64,000 nt of DNA from Octopus vulgaris (Eukaryota): contig OX597815.1 of assembly GCA_951406725.2 (NCBI GenBank), forward strand, positions 22,940,001 to 23,004,000. The letters are read 5' to 3'. Below are positions 1-12,182 of this stretch, one piece after another. Each line of letters opens with the position of its first letter. The first letter of the stretch is position 1. Made by a program: the position numbers and the translations under genes. Under the pieces are notes generated by a model. It made no database searches. It was not told the origin of the DNA and saw only the letters and a list, made by a program, of their open reading frames with translations.

Positions 1-389
1 AAGTAAAAACAATTTTGAAATAAAAATCAAAACTGGGTCACAAGCTCTGTTAACAGTAATTTTACCTCTGTTATACATTCACATAGACATGCTATGCATT
101 TCAATTACAATGTAGTCAATGTTAACATACTAACATGTTAGTACTGGTTTTACTATTTTTCATGTAACAGTTGTCCTTGGTTAATTTCTCCTTAGTCATT
201 ATTTCATACAAAGGCCAGATACACGGAATCAGAAATAATTACCTAGTGTCTCTGTATTGTTTTCTACTATACTATTATTAATATCACATATTATTTAATT
301 AACTAACCCCCACCCCCTCAGAATTCTGGCCGTGGCTTATGTTAGAAGCAATCATTACTATCAGCAGCTGCATCATTATTATTATTAAG

Positions 390-765
390 GGTGACAGGCT
401 GAAAGAATCATTAGCACACTGGACAAAGTGCTTATCAACTTTTCTTCCAGCTGTATGCTCTATGTCCAAATTCTGTTGAAGTCAATTTTGCTTTTCATCC
501 CTTCAGCATTGATAAAATAAGTACCAATCAAGTACTGGGGTCAACATAATCGACTTCCCTTCCCCTCAAAAACTACTGGGCCTGTGCCAAAATTTGAAAT
601 AATAATAATAATAGTAACAATAATAGTAATTGTCATCAACATTATCAGTCGACTTTGTCATTCTTTCGGGGTCAATAAAATAAGTACCAGTTATGCCCTG
701 GGGTCGATATAATTGACTATCCTCCTTCCCCAAATTTCAGGTCTTGTGCCTATAGTACAGAGGAT
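390..765 (+). mobile_element. Two decayed family C SINE copies (tRNA-derived, Meta-like core)
   Basis: Core TTTGC(C/T)TTTCATCCCTTCAG..GATAAAATAAGTACCA..CTGGGGTC occurs at ~487-545 and ~650-710, ending in TAA/TTA-type tails. Confidence 0.65.
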
Positions 766-1073
766 TATTATTATTATTAATACCATTTTATCATTGGATA
801 CTCTATTTAACCCTTGTTGGGGTTTTGGTGGTTAAATCAGACCCTTCTGCCAGAATACAAGACACTGCAAATGAGAAGAGTCAAACATTTAGACCAGACA
901 ATCAGCAATATCAACCGAAGATAATTAGTTTTACTAACAGTGAGACAATAGAATATAAAGTTAAGGTGTTCATTAGTGAATTGATCCATTGGATCGTATC
1001 TCAGGAAATCAGAAGGAAAGTAATTAACAGCACACAAATTCTTGTGTCAGTTAAGTACACGCAAGAAAATACA

Positions 1074-1470
1074 TCTTTATATATAAAAGTGAAGTTGTGT
1101 GTCTGTCTCCTACGATTTAGATTCCTAACTACTCCCACATTTTGCGGTGCAGTTTAACCAAAACCGGGTATCTTATAGTCGTGATTCATATCGAGCCCTT
1201 CTGGGTATTAGCGCACGTCTATGATGAGTCTACGATTTTAAAAAAATTTACCATCATTTTTTTCCATTTTAATGCATTTTTTCGCTATTATATAAGGGAA
1301 GTAACTCTCTAAAAATGTCTACGATGAGTCAACGATTTAAAAAAAAATTTACCATAATTTTTTTTCCATTTTTAATGCATTTTTTTGCTATTTTTTGGCT
1401 ATAACTCTCTAAAAATGCTTATATAGTTATTTCCCTTACAAACCCGAGCAACGCCGGGTGATACTGCTAG
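1074..1470 (+). mobile_element. Non-autonomous Helitron, family H1
   Basis: Begins a|TC, ends CTAG|t, subterminal hairpin CCCGAGCAACGCCGGG, no TSD; near-identical copies at 30043 and 46180; internal ~100-bp duplication. Confidence 0.85.
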
Positions 1471-1473
1471 TAA

Positions 1474-1671
1474 CTCTTTTACTTGCTTCAGTCATTTGAC
1501 TGCGGCTATGCTGGAGCACCACCTTTAATCGAGCAACTCGACCCCCGGGACTTATTCTTTGTAAGCCCAGTACTTATTCTATCGGTCTCTTTTGCCGAAC
1601 CGCTAAGTAACAGGGACATAAACACACCAGCATCGGTTGTCAAGCAATGCTAGGGGGACAAACACACACAC

Positions 1672-1714
<43 letters not shown>

Positions 1715-1881
1715 CACATATATACGACGGGCTTCTTTCAGTTTCCGCCTACCAAATCCACTCACAAGGCATTGGTCGCTCGAGGCTATAGTAGAAGACA
1801 CTTGCCCAAGGTGCCACGCAGTGGGACTGAACCTGGAACCATGTGGTTGGTAAACAAGCTACTTACCACACAGCCACTCCT
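1474..1881 (-). mobile_element. tRNA-derived SINE family A, full length
   Basis: Minus strand: A-box-like TGGCTGTGTGG, B-box-like GGTTCAGTCCC, internal TA/CA microsatellite, GTAAAAGA tail; many copies in the window. Confidence 0.9.
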
Positions 1882-1961
1882 GGTGATAAAATAAATTATT
1901 CCATGACTCCTCAGCTTTTGCTTTCTAGCTTAGGAAAGTGGTATTAGTTATGAAAGGAGAA

Positions 1962-2275
1962 TGCTATGGCTTATAATTCATCAGATCTGGAGTTCAATCC
2001 TTCACACATCTTAAGCAAGTGACTTTTATTATAGCCTCAAGTCAACCCAAGCCTTGTGAATGAAATTAGATAAATAGAAACTGTGAAGAAGCCCCATTAA
2101 AGGGGTTAAACCCAAATTCGAAGGTACAGCTTAATCACATGCTATAACATGATGATTTTGCCTAAGGATTACATTAAGGATGAATGTGTCTCTGTGGAAT
2201 ACTCAGCCACCTACAGACTAATTCAATGAGCAGATAGTTCACTTGAATAAACAATTGGAATGTTCATTGCAGAAA
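1962..2275 (+). mobile_element. Old decayed SINE related to the 6746-7125 element
   Basis: GGAGTTCAATCC B-box-like motif; 3' part GTGTCTCTGTGGAATACTCAGCCAC..AATTCAATGAGCAG matches 7025-7070. Confidence 0.5.
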
Positions 2276-3138
2276 ATGGCGGATTTCTATTTACTTAGCA
2301 TGTGTGGATACATGCATGTATGTGTGTACGTGTGTGTGTGCGCGCGTACACACATGCACATTCACACACAGTATGTTTATAAAGTTAAATACGGGGCAAT
2401 GGAGAATAAAATGAAATTAGAAATGAGTCAAGTTTAAACATTTATAATTAAGGACATAGAATGTTTTAAAAAGTTTAAAATAACCAGTCTGAGGAATAAA
2501 ATCGTGGTCTCTCTCTCAGCTAAAATTAGTAAATAAAATCACTTTCTGGGAAAAAAAAAAGGCTAATCTTCGTTTTCTCTGGGGTAAAAGCTTAAATATA
2601 GCAGGTCACTCAAGTACAATTATTCAAATGAATAGCCAAAATATTACAATTCATATCCACCAAGGCTATAAAAACCTATTCATATTTGCAAACTTTAATG
2701 ATACAAGAGACTAACAAACTTCATAAAGTAATTGTTAACACAGTCAGTAAATTCAAGTCATAAAAATCATTTTCCAAATGAAAGACTGAAGCTGGATTTT
2801 CCTCAGGCAAAATGTTATGCACATCATGTCACCCAAGAGGAATCATTCAACTGAATGATATAAGACAAGCAATTGTAAATTGTAAAGCTGTTAATGAAAA
2901 CATTGCTGTTTTCTAGACACACTACACATATAAAGGGACTTAAATTCATGCATGCATTCTTGCATGCTGGTCCATGTCCTTTATACATAGTCTGACAGAA
3001 TTGCAAGAAAACTAGTCACAATACTCAATTAGATTTCCTGAGTACAAACACAGAGATGCAAAAAGAAGTTGTCAGGAGAAAGAAAGCATTACAAAGAGTA
3101 AGTCAGTGAAAGGGAGAAAGAATATATGTAAGGTTTAA

Positions 3139-3359
3139 CCCTTTAGCATTTAAACTGGCCATATCCGGCCAAAAGTATTCTGCCTGTTTTATGTTCAAAC
3201 TGGCCATATCTGGTCTCTCACACCAACCCTACAATGTCGTTTTAAAAATTAACAGCTACCTCATCAAAATCTCATAGCACCAAGATAATGCCTGATTAGT
3301 TCAAGGCAATGTAGATAAAAAGGCATTAATTTTGGCAGAATAATGCAAACACTAAAGGT
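3139..3359. mobile_element. piggyBac-like MITE, family D1
   Basis: TTAA|CCCTTTAG...CTAAAGGT|TTAA: TTAA target duplication and CCC terminus; copies at 3883 and 12183. Confidence 0.8.
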
Positions 3360-3553
3360 TTAAAGAAAGTGGGCAAGAGAGAAAGTGAAAGGGAAAAAAT
3401 GAAAGAGTGATTTTCATACATTTTCCCCTAAATTTTCAATATGCACCATCAAAAAGAGAAAGACCTTCAGCAGACAAATTGAAGTGTGTAAAGAACTGTA
3501 AATTGCTTCAAGCAAGTATATTACAGCAAGCTGAATACATCCGAAGATGTTAC

Positions 3554-3594
3554 CTTTTTGTACCATTTTCCACTCTGTCATATGAATATTTTGC
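3554..3594 (-). other. Candidate 41-nt internal exon of minus-strand gene
   Basis: Acceptor tttcttaaacattttag|, donor AAG|gtaaca; two frames open (AKYSYDRVENGTK or QNIHMTEWKMVQK). Splice motifs only. Confidence 0.3.
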
Positions 3595-3882
3595 CTAAAA
3601 TGTTTAAGAAATATGACATATTTTAGTGACCATGAATAAATCAGACAAAAATCATTACTTGTGTGTTTAGTAACAAATTTTAGTAATGCTTTAGAGTAAA
3701 TGTTGACAATAATCGTAACTGAAACAAGAAAAACTACATTACTGGTGGTGAGCAAATTAATTACTATAACAGAATTTAACATGCTTAAAATTATTAACAA
3801 AACTCAAAATATAAAAATAAATTGATTAATAATATAGTTAGCTGTTTGTTTTTTCTGGATTCTGTTTTTGTAAGAAGCTTAA

Positions 3883-4101
3883 CCCTTTAGTGTTCAGATT
3901 ATTCAATCAAACATAATGCCTATTGATTCCCATTGATTTGAATTAATCATGCATTATCTCATATCTTCAAGATCTTGATGGTGTAATTACTTAATGTAGA
4001 ATAACATTGTAGGGTAGGTGTGAGAGCCTGGATCTGGTCAGTTTGAACATAAAACAGATTAGCTATTTTGGCCAGATATGGCTGGTTTAAATACTATAGG
4101 G
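3883..4101. mobile_element. piggyBac-like MITE D1, inverted relative to the 3139 copy
   Basis: TTAA|CCCTTTAG...TATAGGG|TTAA; body is the reverse complement of 3139-3359. Confidence 0.8.
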
Positions 4102-4905
4102 TTAAACAGGTTAATTTTTAAATAAAAAAAGAAACTTTTAACTAACCATTAAATAAATTTCTTGATATGAAAAATAATTGAAAATGCCTTGTCATCATAA
4201 CATTATCAATTATTTCATAAGTAAATATTGTAACTTATACAATGAATAAGCATCTTTCCTGTGCCTACTTAGCCATGTCGAAATAGCTCAGTATGCTCGC
4301 AGTTGGTAAAAGCTTTGGTTTTCTAAAACCACAGAAGTGGAATATATCCCAATCATTTGAAACTGTGCACATACAGTACAGATTCAACATTTCATTATCT
4401 TTTAAAACGATGCAAAGGTAAATTGGTACAATACATTGATTCAGTATTGTGCTTAGATCCTTGGCTAATGGTAAAATTATAACAGTTGTTACCACACAGA
4501 GAGGATAAACACAGCAAATTCTAGTTCGGCAGTACTTAAAAGGATGGAAAGATGACAAAAGTATACATTTCATTATTCCTTGTTTTCAATCTAAATATCT
4601 GATATTATCAAATTTACTCGGTAACAGTTGAAGGAAGTATTAAAATATTTCTGCTGTAGTTCATCTGATGGAGAGACTATTCTACAATATAAGTTATGTG
4701 CATATATAATATCATCATCACTCAATCCTATTCATTGTATATCATTGTATATCATATCTTTACTGTAAAATGGCAGTTATGATATTTTTAATCATAACAC
4801 AGGTACTATAAAAGTACTCAAACCAGGATTGGAGAGTTCATTCACCTAGTAACAGTTCAAATTGTCATTAACAAAAACATGTGTATGTATGAGAGAAAAA
4901 TTATA

Positions 4906-5310
4906 GGCACAGGAGTGGCTGTGTGGTAAGTAGCTTGTTTACCAACCACATGGTTCCAGGTTCAGTCTCACTACGTGGCACCTTGGGTAAGTGTCTTCTA
5001 CTATAGCCTCGGGGCCGACCAAAGCCTTGTGAGTGGATTTGGTAGACAGAAACTGAAAGAAGCCTGTCGTATATATCCATATATATATATATATGTGCGT
5101 GTATGTTTGTGTGTCTGTGTTTGTTCCCCTAGCATTGCTTGACAACCGATGCTGGTGTGTTTATGTCCCCGTCACTTAGCAGTTCGGCAAAAGAGACCAA
5201 TAGAATAAGTACTGGGCTTACAAAGAATAAGTCCCAGGGTCGAGTTGCTCGATTAAAGGTGATGCACCAGCATGGCCGCAGTCAAAATGACTGAAACAAG
5301 TAAAAAGAGA
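4906..5310 (+). mobile_element. SINE family A, full length
   Basis: GGAGTGGCTGTGTGGTAAG head through GACTGAAACAAGTAAAAAGAG tail. Confidence 0.9.
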
Positions 5311-5526
5311 ATACACTAGAGAGCAAACAAACTGCTTGCAAGAGTAAATTCTGTTAAAGGCACACAAGGATCATGTAGTGATATTAACTGAGAATCAGTT
5401 TAAATTTTCCACCTAAGACCTCAGAATTATACTGTCAGTTATAGGAGTTATTAACAACTTCATCAAGAAGACAGAACAACGAAGGTCTAAAGACAGGAAC
5501 ATTAATGTAATAGCAAGGAACATTGA

Positions 5527-6000
5527 CCCCTTTGTTACCAACCCAGCCGAAACCAGCTCTGGCTCTGTAGTACAAATATCTTGTTTTCATAAGTTCTGAA
5601 TTAAAATCTTCCAACAAACCTTAGTCGCAATTTATGTTCCTAACACTAGCTTAATGATAACTAAGTTATTTCACTAAATTCTTTGTTATATTTAAAGTAA
5701 TTGAAAGAAATACAGAACATCACAAAATAAATACAGTAACGAAAGGGTTAAAATATATAATAGAGAAACAATTCTTAACCCTTTTGATAGCAGCCTGGCT
5801 GAAATTGGCTCTGGCTCTGTAGTACAAATGTCTTGTTTTCATAAGTTTTGAATTAAAATCTTCTGCTAAACCTTAGTCACAATATATGTTCCTAACACTA
5901 GCTTAATGATAACTAAGTTATTTCACTAAATTCTTTGTTATATTTAAAATTGATTGAAAGAAACACAGAGTATCTCAAAATAATTACAGTAACAAACGGA
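5527..6000. mobile_element. piggyBac-like MITE family D2, tandem dimer
   Basis: Two ~220-bp units CCCTTT..GTTACC/GTAACGAAAGGG joined by TTAA-23 nt-TTAA. Confidence 0.8.
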
Positions 6001-6504
6001 TTAAACATAATGGACTAAATAGAAAATATGGAACATCCATATAAAAAAAAGAGAATTTTAGCAGTCATAATTTTATAAACATATTTAAATTAACAGCTGT
6101 TCCCACACACACACAAACAACTATAATTTATACCTTGTTCATTCACCTACAGAATAATAACCATGAAATCTGTGATGTTATAACGTACACATGCACTAGA
6201 TTTAATGAAGGAGAGGTGAGCAACATCAGCCTTACTTATTTTACCAGATCTGCCAGACAATACAAGATCACAACAGTTGGGGGTATGCCAGAATTCAATA
6301 ATTGAAAAGGATCATTATTTTCCTCCTCTGCTTGGTGCAAGAGTCAGTTTTCCTATGCAAGAGTAGACATAACCTAACTAACCAAGGGTTTCATAGCTGT
6401 TGACTACTTCCACCTGGTTTAGTCTGTTTGTCAAAACATTTGCTGAGGAGTGGTTGCTACACATGCCACAGTGCCCTGGAGTTGCAGGTGAGAGCGTATG
6501 TCAC

Positions 6505-6712
6505 TGTGTTTATGTATGTCCCCCACCATCACTTGACAACTGGTACTGGCTCATTTTCATTATTGTAACCAAGCAGTTTGACAACAGAAACTAACAGAAT
6601 AAATACCAGACTTTAAAAAATAAGTACTGAGGTCAATTTATTTGACAAAACACTTCAAAGTGGTGTCCCAGCATGGCTACAGTCCAATGATTGAAACAAG
6701 CACAAGAAAAAA
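6505..6712 (+). mobile_element. 3' half of a decayed SINE A-like copy
   Basis: CTTGACAACTGG...AAGTACTGAGGTCAA...GTCCCAGCATGGC...TGAAACAAG. Confidence 0.65.
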
Positions 6713-6745
6713 GATATATATATATATATATATATATAGTGTGTG

Positions 6746-7125
6746 TGGAGGCACAATGGACCAGTGGTTAGGGCAGTGGACTCACAATCGTAGGATCGTA
6801 GTTTCAATTCCCAGACCAGGCGTTGTGAGTGTTTATTGTGCAACAACGCTCTAAAGCTCCAAGAGACTCCAGCAGGGGGTGGTGGCAAACCATGCTGTAC
6901 TCTTTCACCGCAACTTTTTCTCACTCTTTCTTCCTGTTTTTGTTATACCTGTATTTCAAAGGGCCGGCCTTGTCACACTGTGTGTCATGCTGAATCTCCC
7001 CCGAGAACTACATTAAGAGTACATGTGTCTGTGGAGTGCTTAGCCACTTATATGTTAATTTCATGAGCAGGCTGTTCCATTGATCAGATCAACTGGAACC
7101 CTCATTGTCATAACCAATGGAGTGC
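6746..7125 (+). mobile_element. tRNA-derived SINE of a separate family
   Basis: Head GGAGGCACAATGGACCAGTGGTTAGGGCA (A box) and TTTCAATTCCC (B box), followed by a unique body; abuts a TG microsatellite. Confidence 0.7.
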
Positions 7126-7133
7126 TACCATAT

Positions 7134-7271
7134 TGTGTGTGTGTGTGTATGCATGTGTATGCATATGTGTATATATATATATGTGTGTGTGTGTGTATAC
7201 ATATGTATGTATGCATGTGTGTGTATGTGTATATACATATGTATGTATGTCTATAGATACATGCATATGTG

Positions 7272-7306
<35 letters not shown>
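7134..7306. repeat. Compound (TG)n/(TA)n microsatellite
   Basis: Directly visible. Confidence 0.95.
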
Positions 7307-7307
<1 letters not shown>

Positions 7308-7618
7308 AAAGAGAATATTACTATCCCTTATTAACATCATTGTTTAATGTCCACTGTCCATGCTGGGTGAGTTACCATAAGCCAGAATCAATACATATTC
7401 ACAGAAATTGCCCACAAAGACAATTTGGGGGCCCACATCTTATTCACTTTCCATTTTTAGCTGGTTTCTATAGCTTCCTAACACAACCACTTTACAAAAT
7501 GTAGTGGATGCTTTTGTTGTGACATATCCTCAACAAGTGTACCGGGTGTATTTTTCATAACACCAACCTAGAGAAGTAACTATGTCCTCAACACAACTAA
7601 GAGAAAGACCCTCATTAA

Positions 7619-7858
7619 CCCTTTGCCTTCCCAGGACACCAAAACATTGTTATAAGTTTATCCTAAACATCCATGCTTGTTTTCAAGACTTTTTAGTCAG
7701 CCTTTATTTCATATTTTGAGTAACATAAAGTTTTCCTTCCATATGTCCCAAGATACTCAAGTGGTTGAAAAAATGGGGACTGTATACCATATATGATACA
7801 TAGACACTAGGGAAATACACCCTATGCATCATGTGTGAAACACAGGACAAGCAAAAGG
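7619..7858. mobile_element. Decayed piggyBac-like MITE (third family)
   Basis: TTAA|CCCTTTGCCTTCC ... GACAAGCAAAAGG|TTAG imperfect TIRs. Confidence 0.5.
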
Positions 7859-8377
7859 TTAGAGTGACTTTGAGTTGGGGTTTAAGAAATAAAAAAGGGA
7901 ACGTGAAAAATCAGTTAACAATCAGTTGTATTCTATCAGAGATTCAAAGACAATTTAGTTCAAAGACATTAATTAAATGTTGAAAAAAGAATTTTTTTTT
8001 TTAAATAAGCAGTAAGGTCTGGAAAACAAGAATGTTCAATGCTGATTTAAATTCAATTGAGTATGAATTTAATTATGAAAAGCTTTAATAATAATTTTTG
8101 TTAAAAATTCATATTACAATAGATGTGATTATTACTGGATATTTTTTTTTTTGTGAAAATATATGAATACATTTGGTTTATTTCAATTACTTATTGTTGT
8201 TGTTGTTGTTGTTGTTTTTTTTAAATTAACTTGAGGTGGGGAGTAAAGCAAAATATATATGATAAATAGTTATGAAAATGTAGAAAAGTCATAAAGAAAC
8301 TTTAATAATACAATTCAATTATGTGGCAATACAATAGTATGCAATAGTGCTGTTTTATCTGAAGTCGTTGACCTTGT

Positions 8378-8705
8378 GAGAGAGGGAGAGGAGAGAGAGA
8401 GGAAAGAGAGGAGAACAGGAAAGGGGAGAAAATGGAAAATGGGAAAAAAAAAAGAAGAATAAAGAGAGAAATAGAAAGTGAATAAGGCAGAACAAGAGAA
8501 AATAACTGATCGAGAAAGAGGTGGAGTAAAGAAGAATGGGGAAAAGGAGAAGGGAGAGCAAATGAACAGAGAGAAAGCAAAAGAATACAAAGGAGAAAAA
8601 TAAATGAGAGACAGAAATAATGTCAGAGAGGGAGAGAGAGAGAGAGAGAGAGGAGGAGGAGAGAGCATAAAGAGAAAGAGAGGTAAAAAAAAAAGAGAAT
8701 GAAAG
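8378..8705. repeat. Purine-rich low-complexity (GA) tract
   Basis: Directly visible. Confidence 0.9.
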
Positions 8706-9196
8706 TAAAATATAGTTGAGTTATCTACTTTCACATCATATTGGATGACAATAAAATAAAATATGCCATGGAATAAAAAAGCATGAGAAATGTGAGTACC
8801 AAATGGAGAGAAGAGAAATTCTTCTCAATGCTTTTTGTTACATGACAGATTTCCTATACAGGTTTATCATCAACAAATTTAGCTTGTAGTTTTATAATGA
8901 GCAACAAAAACACACTAGTTGAGGTTTTGTGCTATATTAAGAACGATGCCATAACTCTCTCTACAAGGGAATGATTTGTAGTTTTTGCATTTAATTTGGT
9001 TGGTTAGTTGGTTGGTTGGTTGGTTGGTTGGTTGAGTTTGTTTCCTCTTTGACTGGTTCTGTCCATTGGGTTACGGTCAAGTAGAAGACAAGGTCAATTA
9101 TATTCAACCTAGTACTTATTTCGTCAACCTTTCGAAGCAAAGTTGACCCGGGAAGGATTGGAAATCATAACATTGAAGAATGCGACACCAAATACC

Positions 9197-9420
9197 TATT
9201 TCTTTATTACCCACAAGGGGCTAAACATAGAGGGGACAAACAAGGACAGACATAGGTATTAAGTCGATTACATCGACCCCAGTGCGTAACTGGTACTTAA
9301 TGTATCGACCCCGAAAGGATGAAAGGCAAAGTCAACCTCAGCGGAATTTGAACTCGCAACGTTGCGCCAGACGAAATACCGCTAAGCATTTCGCCCGGCA
9401 TGCTAACGTTTCTGCCAGCT
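9197..9420 (-). mobile_element. SINE family C (Meta-like core), young copy nested in an older related copy
   Basis: Minus strand GAGTTCAAATTCC B box and GACTTTGCCTTTCATCCTTTCGGGGTCGAT core; 14-bp direct repeat CGACACCAAATACC at 9183-9196 and 9421-9434. Confidence 0.85.
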
Positions 9421-9598
9421 CGACACCAAATACCACAAGATAGTTTGTTTGATGATCTACCAATTTTACCTTCCATCTGCCATGTTTAAATGGGTTTTTT
9501 TTTTATTTTATTTTTAAACTTTGATATTTCCTAGTGATGAGGATTGGGGCAGACTGTAATGGGCTAGTTTTTACGATATCTTAGTTCAGTGATTCTGA

Positions 9599-9637
<39 letters not shown>

Positions 9638-10095
9638 ACAATACAGACTAGAGCATATTACCTTCCATTTTTTCTGTGAATAAAGCTGTAAGAATGGAAG
9701 GGGGGTCAATAAAAATAAAGCAATATACTACACTGAATGTGCAGAACAGCGCCGATAAACTTAATAAGCAGGCAGAATTAAATTACTTTGAATGAAAAAA
9801 TATTGCAAACCACAATAAATTTCCAAAATGAAATAATTGCAATATTTCTAATTTTTAATTATGACTCATGAGTTAGCAAGTGTTCCACCAACCTGAGTAA
9901 GAACTCAAATGGACCACGACAACTTGTTTAACAAATGTCAGCATGGAAAGCATAAAACGATGATGATGATGATGATGATGATGATGAGGGTAATGATGAT
10001 GATGATGATAAATTGTGAACTGAGGATGTTATAAAACATCCCTTTCTTTTCCCAATTTTTGATGTGTTATCTCTCTCTCTCTCTCTCTCTCTCTA

Positions 10096-10428
10096 TTTTA
10101 CTCTTTTACTTGTTTCAGTCATTTGACTGCGGCCAGGCTGGAGCACCGCCTTTAATCGAGCAACTCGACCCCGGGACTTATTCTTTGTAAGCCCAGTACT
10201 TATTCTATCGGTCTCTTTTGCCGAACCGCTAAGTGACGGGGACATAAACACACCAGCATATATACGACGGGCCTCTTTCAGTTTCCGTCTACCAAATCCA
10301 CTCACAAGGCTTTGGTCGACCCGAGGCTATAGTAGAAGACACTTGCCCAAGGTGCCACGCAGTGGGACTGAACCCGGAACCATGGGGTTGGTAAACAAGC
10401 TACTTACCACACAGCCACTCCTGTGCCT
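10096..10428 (-). mobile_element. SINE family A with internal deletion
   Basis: Matches 1474-1881 but lacks the segment between CACCAGCAT and TATACGACGGG. Confidence 0.9.
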
Positions 10429-10582
10429 ATCCTTAATTTTCTCAAACATTGTTTCTAAATTCAGTCAAGCCTATACAAGTTGTTGCAATTGGACACAGCC
10501 ATCAAGCTGCAACTTACTCAGGCTTACTGTAGACAATAATAATTTCTATTACAAACATAATTACACCACAACTCTAATCCTA

Positions 10583-10764
10583 CAAGAGGGTGCTGAAAAG
10601 TTCCTGGCTTTAGGTAAAAGGAAATACAGGGAGGATCAGTTAATTATGATTTTATTCAACTTATTCTCCTCTCAGATTCACACACTTATTGCAGTGGTCA
10701 TTCAGTTTTTTCTAAGCCCTGTAAAGGACACCTTTAAAGCCAGGAACTTTTCAGGACCCACTCA
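10583..10764. mobile_element. mariner-type MITE
   Basis: TA|CAAGAGGGTGCTGAAAAGTTCCTGGCTTTA ... TAAAGCCAGGAACTTTTCAGGACCCACTCA|TA: ~30-bp TIRs with TA TSD. Confidence 0.8.
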
Positions 10765-11024
10765 TACATCAACCACCAAGAAACTTGGTCCCAAACAAAG
10801 AGACTAAAAGTTGCATTTACCAAATACACCATTTCCCGGTTCAAAGTCTCCCTTGACCACAAATGGCCTGAACTCTTTGTATGAATACCACCCTGTACAT
10901 AACTCCATGTCCCCCTACATGGCCTTGCTTTTTGCTTTTTGAGCCAAAAATTTAACTTAACTTAACTTAACTTAGCAACACAAAAGAATGCCAAGTAGTA
11001 CAGCATGTCATTTCCAAGTTTTTG

Positions 11025-11387
11025 TTTTGTAAGAGGAGGACTAAGGACTTGATGGGTATGCTGGGGTTGGAGGAACCTGTGGAACAGCTGGCAAGGGCAA
11101 ATGGAGTGTGGTGGTATGGGTGTGTGTTGAGGAGGGATGAGGAGCATGTTCTGAAGAGAGTGCTAGAATTTGAGGCAAATAAACAGTGGAAGCGAGGGAG
11201 ACTGAGGAAAATGTGGAGGGGATAGCTGGAGGAGGAGATTGAGGGGGGTGGCTTGAGAAGGGAGAACGCCCGAAACCTGGCAAGATGGTTTGAGGGCAGT
11301 TGCTATGGCATTGAGGTAGATCTGGCCACCCCCATTAATAGGGACAAAACCTGGATTCAAAATGATGGATGATGATGATGATGATGC
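11025..11387 (+). mobile_element. RTE-clade LINE 3' end (decayed RT C-terminus, 3' UTR, GAT tail)
   Basis: Translation WWYGCVLRRDEEHVLKRVLEFE...KRGRLRKMW resembles the RTE W-GHV-R / RGRP--W motifs; in-frame stop; (GAT)n tail. Confidence 0.75.
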
Positions 11388-11544
11388 CAGAGTAAATTGC
11401 ATCATGGTGCTTTTTCTCACAGATGGTGCCCAACTGACCCTACTATACTGTGTAGTTGACAAAATTTCGACAAAATCAAAAACAAACAATGCATATGCAT
11501 GAAATTAAAAATATAATATGGCAACAATTTACCCATCACACTCT

Positions 11545-11770
11545 GTATATCTATGTGTTTATGTCTGTAGTCGTTCCCACCACCACTGCTTGACAGCCGG
11601 TGCTAACGTGTTTATGTCTCCATAACCTAGCAGTTTGGCAAAAGCAACCAACAGAATAAGTACCAAGCTTATAAAAAGTAAGTACTGAGGTCAATACATT
11701 CAACTAAAAATTCTTCAAGGTAGTGCCCCAGTATGGCCGCAGTATAATGACAAACAAGTAAAAGATAAAA
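11545..11770 (+). mobile_element. 3' half of a SINE A-like copy
   Basis: GCTTGACAGCCGGTG...AGAATAAGTACC...GTGCCCCAGTATGGCCGCAG...AAGTAAAAGA. Confidence 0.7.
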
Positions 11771-11808
11771 AATACAGACGCAGAAACATCTAACTGAAAA
11801 AAAACATA

Positions 11809-12177
11809 TCTCTCTATATATAAATGGCAAAATGTCTGTGTGTGTGTGTGTCCTTTATACAAATCCACAATTTTTCAGTTAGAGGGCTCGCACTTTCTAT
11901 GGTCATTCAAAACCGTCCAAGGGTGGTCGTGCACATCTTTACATTTCCCCAGTCACCCTGCAAAGCCATTTAAAAAATCAATAGAAGTGACTTTTTTGTG
12001 AATTTTCTATCCAAAACCCAATCAAAATGCTCAAAACTTGATACGCCAATTGAATGCCAGCTAACTGTATGTGATTGGTCGGAGATTTGGACAGTACTTA
12101 CGTGTATGTGCGCATGCACGCAGCTGTATATGCATGCACTAGCACTATGACCCAGCGTTGCTGGGTCATAGTGCTAG
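11809..12177 (+). mobile_element. Non-autonomous Helitron, family H2
   Basis: a|TC start, CTAG|t end, terminal palindrome; inverted copy at 35049-35412. Confidence 0.8.
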
Positions 12178-12182
12178 TTTAA

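Noticed and set aside
1637-1894. Recurrent short ORFs (e.g. LPKVPRSGTEPGTMWL) here and at 10343, 23222 and 52084
   Set aside because: Chance translations of the same SINE family.
4265-4573. 102-aa minus-strand ORF
   Set aside because: No recognisable motif or convincing splice boundaries.
4906-4985. tRNA gene calls at SINE heads
   Set aside because: A/B boxes are present, but the sequence continues into a SINE body with no acceptor stem or terminator.
6134-6146. 13-nt microexon candidate (ctgtag|GTGAATGAACAAG|gtataa, minus strand)
   Set aside because: Weak donor; expected by chance in AT-rich DNA.
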